In this document: piece after piece, positions 55,001-62,960 of the stretch
Layout of the letters: each line of letters opens with the position of its first letter
Numbering within the stretch: position 1 is the stretch's first letter
Origin: Priapulus caudatus
Taxonomy: Eukaryota
Assembly: GCF_000485595.1 (NCBI RefSeq)
Contig: NW_014577087.1
Location: 401,162-464,121, forward strand
DNA: 62,960 nt
Reading direction: 5' to 3'
The notes under the pieces: model-generated
Database searches by the model: none
What the model was told of the DNA's origin: nothing
Seen by the model: only the letters and a program-made list of their open reading frames with translations
Translations under genes and position numbers: made by a program

Positions 55001-55238
55001 AGGGGACCGCTTTCCTCCTCCACGCCGCGGCAATCAGGGGGGCATGGGCCAGCCCGATGCAGCAGCAATCACGGCCGCAGGCAGACAGGCAGCCAGGAAG
55101 CGATGAAGCCGCAGCAGCGGCCGCGTGACGTACGCAGCACACAGTGCAGAGCGCGCGTCTGCCTTTAACGCACGAGCCACGCACACGAAGAGGCGTTCTC
55201 CATCTCAATAAACACCGCCAACGAGAGGCGAGAGTATA

Positions 55239-55375
<137 letters not shown>

Positions 55376-55593
55376 AGCCGGAGAGAGAGCGAGAGGAAGC
55401 CCACCCCACGCACGGCGTGGCCGAGGCGAGGGTGAAGCATCATTGCCGTCGTGTGTGTGTGGGTTGTCTCACAGACAACAGCAAAGAGATCGCCGCGTTT
55501 GGTTTAGTCTCGCTCACAGCGCACTGGCTCGCATCCACGTGCGTCAGCGAGAAAGCAAACGAAACGTCTAGAGAATAGCAAGAAGCACTACTA

Positions 55594-55947
55594 CAGGGTG
55601 CGAAATTAACGGGAGTCCGGAGTGAGACAAATACTCCCTGATTTACTGTCGGACTCCCTGATTTGACATATATGCAGGAGTCCGTGTGACTCCCTAAAAA
55701 TTCTGCTATACTAACTATAGTTCGTTCCAGAGCACGGCCTCGCGGAATGTTTCAGTATTAAAATGCCCAAAGAAAATTTGGCAGACGTGCAACCCCATGA
55801 ACCTGCAAAATAAGCACATGCGTTATTGTTAATATCTTTAGTTTTGAACTTCAGACTGCGGACTCCCTCATTTTGCTGCGCACTCTCTCTTTTTGGAGGC
55901 AGAGAGTCCGTTGGACTCCCTTGTTCACAAGTTAATTTCTACCCCTG
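55594..55947. mobile_element. hAT-like MITE
   Basis: cactacta|cagggtgcgaaattaac ... gttaatttctacccctg|cagtacta; TSD 7/8, ggagtcc/ggactcc subterminal repeats. Confidence 0.82.
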
Positions 55948-56534
55948 CAGTACTACGTAAACCGACGTCAATACGAAGAAAAGCGTCATCAGAGTGACGA
56001 TAGCTTCCTGCATGTACAATAGGCCGTCAACCGCGAGCTGCTTACGTGACGTACGTCGCGTTCCAAAAAAAAAATATTAAAAGAAATATATTCAAGAATA
56101 TAATTCAAACTGTGTGGAAATGTACTAAACACAACACATGACCTTTCGAGAAAGAGAAAAATCAGTAGCACTACAGCTGCTTATTATGACGTATAATTTT
56201 CATGTAGCAAATGTTTATTGAAAATGGTCATCAAACACCTACGCCTATACGAGCAAGCTTTCTTGCCTCGTTCTACTGAAGACACTAAAACGCATATCCA
56301 AACCAGGAGAAAATCGACGTCTCTGGTTTACATCCTTTCACATAATTTGTACATCGATTTTACATGTGAACTCGATATGACCACGCTGCAGTGAACATTA
56401 CAGTATTGGCTGCAGGTAACGCTATTGCAGGCAAGAACTGTAGCAAATGCACACAAAAACGTGATTATTTTTTACTTTAAATATAGTTTTGCGTTCACAT
56501 GTCAATGTCAACCGCAGCATGATATAAATAGTAT

Positions 56535-56601
56535 CAAGAGTACATAATAGTCTAGAGATTCTCTATTATCTCTATATGACAAAATCTCTATTATGTACTC
56601 T
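56535..56601. mobile_element. CARGAG micro-hairpin relative, right end truncated
   Basis: atagtat|caagagtacataatag ... ctattatgtactct; terminal tg and right TSD missing. Confidence 0.5.
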
Positions 56602-56923
56602 AAAGGAGGAAAATCTTTGAACTGCCATAACGCATCGGGATTTTTCCAAGTGCTCCTAGATACTTCCACTTTATTGTAGTTTAAGGTAAAATAGGGGCAA
56701 TGACCGCATGTGCGAAGCGAGCGATTCCATAATGATAGCCGCTGGCACGATATAAAAGCATTAGCTGCGTGCATCCAATTAATCAACTAATGTGACTTCC
56801 GAATAAAAGCACGTGGAGGCGCTGCAGTCGTCGCTCGTGTTGTTTTGCAACATGTTTCCGCCACCGCCCAAACATAATACATGAACACGCACGGGGATGG
56901 TGATAGAGACCCACACACGGAGA

Positions 56924-57070
56924 CACAGGCACTTGGAGCGTTTCAATAAAATATAATGCTAAATAAATACGAAATCTATTTACTACTAAAGTCTTAATGT
57001 TTCTATACTCTCTTTCACCTATTATTGCCGACAATTTCCTGCATATGCCGTCCAAATGCTCATCTGCAAC
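56924..57070 (+). mobile_element. Partial, diverged CACAGG MITE copy
   Basis: cacaggcacttggagcgtttcaat ... aaatgctcatctgcaac. Confidence 0.8.
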
Positions 57071-57697
57071 AAACCTGGCTGCCGCCATGGCTGCCGCTGC
57101 ACACTGACACATAAATATATAGATGTAAAAATAAAAATAAATAAAGTGGGCGGAGCTCCGGGGAAATCCAGCGAATGGAGATTCATAAACAGCGCATGAT
57201 ATGAAAGTAGTAAATGGGCGCACAATACGCGCCACAGATTTCGTATCACTTATTTTATCAAATTTTTTGCATAAATAAGGTTGATTTGATAAAATCTTTG
57301 CACACTTTTATTAGTCCACAATGCTTATTAATAGGATACGTAGTAACGTGGCTGCTGTAAAATCTGTGTAGGTAAAAACGTTACAAATTGTAACCGGAAA
57401 TCTGCTTTGGCTGTGGTAGATTGAAGCCCATGAGCGAGAGCGCCATCTGTCGCGGAGATTGACACACCCCCTTTACGTACGCGCGTGCGCACGCACGCAC
57501 ATACACACACACGCGCGCATACACAGAGGTGAGGGAGGCATACACACACACACGTTGAGAGAGAGGGGAAGAGAGGGAAGAGAGGATGGGGAGGGATGGA
57601 TATATAGAGGAGGAGGGAGATGGGAGATGGGGGATGAGAGGGAGAGGGATAGGGAGAGGGAGAGGGAGAGGGAGAGGGAGAGAGGGAGAGGGAGAGG

Positions 57698-57729
<32 letters not shown>

Positions 57730-58950
57730 AAGAGAGAGATATACACTCAGACTAGGATCAACAGTAATGGTATTCTCCCTCCTACTTGCTCTGCTGGCTC
57801 GTCCTGACGCATGAAATAAACGCCAACATTTGCTGCTGGTACCAGCTGAAGCGAGATGTCTGGCATTCGCGCTACAAACTAATTGATATACGGCAGACTC
57901 TTTTTCACTACTTTCATCGATGCAACCGAAGCTGCTCTACGCCCACGGTGATGGCCAATTACTTTCGGAGGGAACTCGGCACCAGTCTCGACGTTGTTTG
58001 AGGTATACGTTTTTTTCCGACTTGCCGCGAGGCTGTACGCCACATAAATCCCTCTCCGGGGGCGCCCTGGTTGATGCTCGCGCACTTGAACCCGATGTTA
58101 TATACGTAGCATCCCTCCCACCTGTGCGTAATATACTACGTATACGTCCTGGACGATTCTCCCATCGCTTGCGCGGATTGCGAGACGCCGAGAGCTGGAT
58201 TGGAATTCAAAATAACCGCGAGCGAACGCCATGGGAACTAGACGCCAGGAAATTCGCACACAAATAAATACAGTGCGCTTTGTTCACCAGGCGGATACGA
58301 ATCGTATCGGGAAATCTAGCCAGCAACTTGTGGTCTCCATACTAATTAAGTTGATAATATTCGAACATGCGCGCTAGCGAGCGTGCAAGCTTCTGCCGCC
58401 GAGTCCGCAGACTGAGTCCACGATATGCCATGGTTACCAACGTACCTATCTACTTAAACTGGTACAGTACTGTACCTGTACGACTATGATTAATTAAGCT
58501 AACCACGAGTCGATGAGCGCCCATCACAATCGCGTCCCTTGAGCGCCGCTACATATTTTTTTAATACGAACCAACGCGAATCTGCTGAACGTGCACGGTG
58601 TCTCCCGAAGACGTGAGAAAAATACGCCCTCCACTTTTTCCACTGATTTTTACCGTGTTTTTTTTTTAAATCTCGCTATTCCGAGCATCATCATCATATG
58701 CAGGCGCCATGATGCAGACCCGTGTGTATGATGAGGTTGCAGTGGATCTGTCACACACGGCATCTAGCCGAGGTTGCTGGGACCCGCCCTGACAGAATCA
58801 TTACATGTGGTTCCTGTTAGCCGACAGACAGACAACCGGCGCGCTGCCGTCCGTCTTCGGGAAGTGCGCGAGCTTGTATTTCAACGCCAACACCCGTTTT
58901 TTTGCGCGAACAGTCAAGTCTCCCACACAACTATACGTTTACTATAACAT

Positions 58951-58986
58951 CAGGAGTCTATCAATATAGATATTGATAGACTCCTG
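58951..58986. mobile_element. CARGAG micro-hairpin element, 36 bp (shortest copy)
   Basis: ataacat|caggagtctatcaatat-ag-atattgatagactcctg|ataacat. Confidence 0.9.
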
Positions 58987-59206
58987 ATAACATGCCAAAC
59001 TCACAATTACGTCCAGTGCGTAGCACGGGGCATGCAGCACGCGCCATGCAACACAAACCGGGCAGTACGAACGACGTACCATGTAGCCCACAGCACGCAC
59101 AGCATGTACCATGCAACACACAGCACACAGTACGAAACAGAATCCACTAAATATACCATTCAAAATAGAGACCGTTGTGCTTGCGAAATAAAAAATTCAA
59201 CAAAGG

Positions 59207-59209
<3 letters not shown>

Positions 59210-59259
<50 letters not shown>

Positions 59260-59298
59260 GACAACAACAACAAGACAACAACAACAAGACAACAACAA
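59210..59298. repeat. (CAA)n microsatellite
   Basis: Direct inspection. Confidence 0.95.
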
Positions 59299-60140
59299 CG
59301 ACACAGCACGTGTACGGCAACGGCTATTAAGAGTTACAATAAAAACATGTCCGGAAGCTATGGTTTACGTGATTTCCCGCACGTAAGCGCTATATAATAC
59401 TGCCTTTCTCGCTCCCGGCCACGCATCCCCATCATTAAAAACGTAAACAGCCACCTGGTACTAACCATACGTAATTATGCGATGTAACATAGATTGATTG
59501 ATTATTAGCTTCAACATGACAAATACCTGCTCACGTAAACACGCAGTTAACCGGCTTCTGCTTCAAAATGAAATAAGAATTACAGATTCTTAATTACATG
59601 AAGTCAAGGGTATAGACACGATATTTATTGTTTCATTGTTATAAGTGATTCCATTAATTAATAATTATATTATTTTAGTTCAGTTTGCATTGAGATTTTT
59701 ATGGCGAAAAATTTGACACGTGTCATTTTATGAATATGTTGCATTATAATGTCCTATCTGCTGTTGTTTTTTTCATCAGCGTGGAAGAGGCAACTTCGAT
59801 TGATGCATTGTGGGAAGGTTGTCGCCAGTGTGTGGAACAACTCTGAACTCAAAGTCAGGAACGCTTCCACCAACACTCCATGCGCAGTCTAAATTCACAA
59901 CGACACTAAACTGCAGCCGAAATGCCACAGAGAAATGATATCCAGGAACAAAATTCGTTATCAGCGACAACAGCTGTGCAGGCAGATGTCGCCCACCTGT
60001 GCTGCATTTGCAGGCGCTCGAATGCGCTCTTGATGCTATCTATAATCCCAGGTAGGTTTCACAGAAATGAAAACATTCTCCGCCATCGCGAACAACGTTG
60101 GTAGGATTACTAGGAAGGACAACAAACGCACGGTCATCAC

Positions 60141-60472
60141 CACAGGCACTTGGAACGTCTCAATAAATAAATAAACAATGGTAAATAAACACGAAATGTA
60201 TTTACTAGCAAAGTCTTAATGTTTCTCTACTCTATTTCGCCTATTATTGTCGATAACTTGCTGTAAGTTGTAACTCTACGATTCTTGTTGTTTGTGCACA
60301 GGGCATGCGTGCGGTACTTGTGTGTTGCAAATCTATGAGCATTTGAACGGCATTTACAGCAAGTTATCGACAATAATAGGCGAAATAGAGTTGAGAAACA
60401 TTAAGACTTTGGTAGTAAATACATTTCGAGTTTACTTACCTTTTTTTTATTGAGACGTTCCAAGTGCCTGTG
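60141..60472. mobile_element. Complete CACAGG MITE with ~120-bp TIRs
   Basis: cacaggcacttggaacgtctcaat...gataacttgctgtaa is mirrored by ttacagcaagttatc...attgagacgttccaagtgcctgtg. Confidence 0.9.
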
Positions 60473-60481
60473 CTCGCGCCC

Positions 60482-60540
60482 TGGCTCTAGAACTATAGCT
60501 CTTCGCTGTGGCAGAGTGAATGGCGATAGTTCTAGAGCTA
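60482..60540. mobile_element. 59-bp hairpin element with 9-bp TSD (second micro-element family)
   Basis: ctcgcgccc|tggctctagaactat ... atagttctagagcta|ctcgcgccc; related partial copy at about 61638-61679. Confidence 0.75.
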
Positions 60541-60687
60541 CTCGCGCCCCGTCATCATGTGGTCTTAGCACAATAAACAACATTAACGACGGGCTTCACT
60601 GATCTATATCGCCCCCCCCCCCTACTGACTGAGATCTCGGCGTCAGCAGCGACCGGCTAGAAGCGACAACCACCACGCCGCACTTAC

Positions 60688-60743
60688 CAGCGAAATAAAC
60701 AGCACTTACACGAGAGAATGTCGTGCCAGCAGAGAAGACACAT
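60688..60743 (-). CDS. Candidate alternative first exon, MCLLCWHDILSCKCCLFR(W)
   Basis: acaATG context, donor ctg|gtaagt, phase 2, compatible with exon 25330. Prediction only. Confidence 0.3.
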
Positions 60744-61329
60744 TGTGCGTGCGCCTATCCCTCCGGCTTCCAGATAACGCGCGTCTCCGGTTCACGCTCA
60801 TTTCAGTACTTTTCCAGTGCGAAGAGGCGACGAGAGGCCAAATGTTGTCTAACGATGTCTCTCACTCGTTCGCCGCTACCACCTACCTCCTTATACGTAG
60901 AATTGTATCGAAACTACGGGAATGTTAGTCGCTGTTTCCACATTCGCAGTCCTGACCACAACGATACCGACTTCTGGAACACATTCGTATCACATATTGA
61001 CTCACGCAGAGTCCCCAATAAGCTCATCCCGTTGCACACGTGCGCAGCCTTCCACACACGCACACACAGGAAGCTGTGGCAAAGGAAGCAAGCGCCCACG
61101 TCGGACCCCACGTACAGTCTGCGGTACTCGTACTCGCGTGTCAGCAGATCGCGAGGCCAGGGAACCATCCGCGAAACGCAATTACAGGGAAAACCGACCG
61201 ACAAGTATTGACTACGGGCCACGTGAATCGCAAGCACACGTGTTGACTGAAGAAGCTACGGTATGTCCGCTATTGCCCAGAACCTTTAATAGATTCCCCC
61301 TACTCCGGCCACACTACTACTACTACTAC

Positions 61330-61373
61330 CAGGAGTAAGATAATATAGGATATCCTATATTATCTTACTCCTG
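61330..61373. mobile_element. CARGAG micro-hairpin element, 44-bp perfect palindrome inside a (CTA)n tract
   Basis: ctactac|caggagtaagataatataggatatcctatattatcttactcctg|ctactac. Confidence 0.88.
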
Positions 61374-61416
61374 CTACTACTACTACTACTACTAACACTA
61401 CCACTACCACTACTAG

Positions 61417-61488
<72 letters not shown>

Positions 61489-61722
61489 ATCACGACTGCA
61501 AATACTCTACTGATTTTGTATATTGCATTTCGAGTGCACCGGCAATTTTCTAATAATATAATACTAATACTAATAGTAATAGTACACGGAGCACAGACCG
61601 TTGTTCCTGAAAGCAAGAGCGAGAAATGTCGAATGCTATATAGCCGTTCGCAGAGCGAAGGGCTATAGTTCTAGAGCTAGGTGGGACGGTACCACGAGAA
61701 TACGCTATACATTTTCACTCAC

Positions 61723-61760
61723 CTATGACACCTAGAGATAAGCATCTTCAGAATCGTCAT
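61723..61760 (-). CDS. Probable first coding exon of the PDZ-RhoGEF gene, MTILKMLISRCH(R)
   Basis: ATG in strong Kozak context (ccaccATG), consensus donor catag|gtgagt, phase 2. Splicing to 25330 creates ...CHR|LSSL. No homology support beyond the junction. Confidence 0.55.
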
Positions 61761-62641
61761 GGTGGAATTACAGGTACAATGGCTGCGCACGCGATTGTCA
61801 GGTGCAATCACAAGAAAGAGACCGCGTTCTCGCTGCTCCCCAAGAACTATCTATGTGGACACTTCCCAAGAGCGCATTTATTGCATGCATGCCATCCGCA
61901 AGAGTATATATACGGCATACCTGACCAGGGGAGATTCCTTTCATGTTTACAATTACCTGCTGGTTTTTCATTTCCAATAAACCAGAAAATAGACATCCGT
62001 CTCGAATTCCCAACATTAAAAATACGCTAGCACACGGGCATCGACATATTAGCACGGGACCATCTACGTTAGCGCCCATATGGTTGCAATTCAGTTTCGG
62101 GCAGTCTACATGCGCAAGCGAAGAATTTTCTCTGCAAAACCACTACCACTATGAGCCCATCAAGGTTCTGACCTGGAAGCAACAGCCACATGTTACGAGG
62201 AACCACGCGTGGGGGCGGAAGGAGGGGGGCTAAACAGGGATTAAAATCTCAGGAATTTAGTCAATTTACAACACCGGCCAGTTCCGCTATCTGCTCCCCG
62301 CAAAACACAGCTAGCGAGAGAGGGGGAGACAATTAAGAGGACACTGGTTCCTAATGCGTTCCAACTGTGACCTGCTATTTCCACACACGGCTTTTCTGAC
62401 AAGATCATCAGCTGACCTATTCACGCTATAAACTGATGTAGTAACGTCCTCGCACTACGACGCAATGTTGTTTCATGAGATTTCTAAATATATTTCACCA
62501 CATGAATAGTTAGCAGATCAGCTGACCGGATTCGACGTGGTAAGATAATAACGTAAAAAATCATGACGTAAAACCTGTCCGCATTAATTTGATATCGTAA
62601 GTCCCTTCGCAATATGTGCAAGCAACTCGGCATGCGTGCGA

Positions 62642-62692
<51 letters not shown>

Positions 62693-62923
62693 TCATCGCG
62701 GCAATAACATCGGTTGCCTAGAAACGACTCGAAAGCTATAAACACTCTCTCAATTCTCAACGTAGCGACGATGCGACTGCGCTTCGATCTCTCAGCCAGC
62801 CGAACTCAGGCGAGTTGGCGATCGCGCCAAATCATCAATAGTTGAACTCCCCGCTTATGCGCTCTTACTAAATGAGCAGAACTTAACTATGCACGTTGTT
62901 TGGCACGAAGATTAGCCGAGTAG

Positions 62924-62960
62924 ACAGGCACTTGAAACGTCTCAATAAAAATAAACAAGT
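62924..62960 (+). mobile_element. Start of another CACAGG MITE copy at the window edge
   Basis: acaggcacttgaaacgtctcaataaaa. Confidence 0.7.

Overview
Repeat-rich eukaryotic (invertebrate metazoan-like) genomic DNA with several N gaps and very dense (CACG)n, (GA)n and (CA)n microsatellites. Nearly all ORFs in the supplied track are microsatellite or gap artefacts. The only protein gene I can support is the 5' part of a minus-strand PDZ-RhoGEF gene (ARHGEF11/ARHGEF12/RhoGEF2 family). Five phase-consistent GT-AG exons (25242-25330, 11441-11545, 8567-8616, 7895-7952, 6965-7152) encode the N-terminus and a complete PDZ domain. A likely first coding exon lies at 61723-61760, about 36 kb upstream, with other candidate first exons nearby. 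The downstream RGS/DH/PH exons were not found. The introns contain many non-autonomous DNA transposons (P-like, hAT-like, Harbinger-like, Kolobok-like, foldbacks), a possible solo LTR and several minisatellites. The most striking observation is a family of 13 insertions, mostly 36-66 bp hairpins, sharing CA(A/G)GAG...CTC(C/T)TG ends and 7-bp target duplications of roughly RTANTAY type. Their arms differ between copies, yet many copies are perfectly self-complementary. Roughly 26.2-31.0 kb looks like error-prone gap-fill sequence, so conclusions there are weaker.
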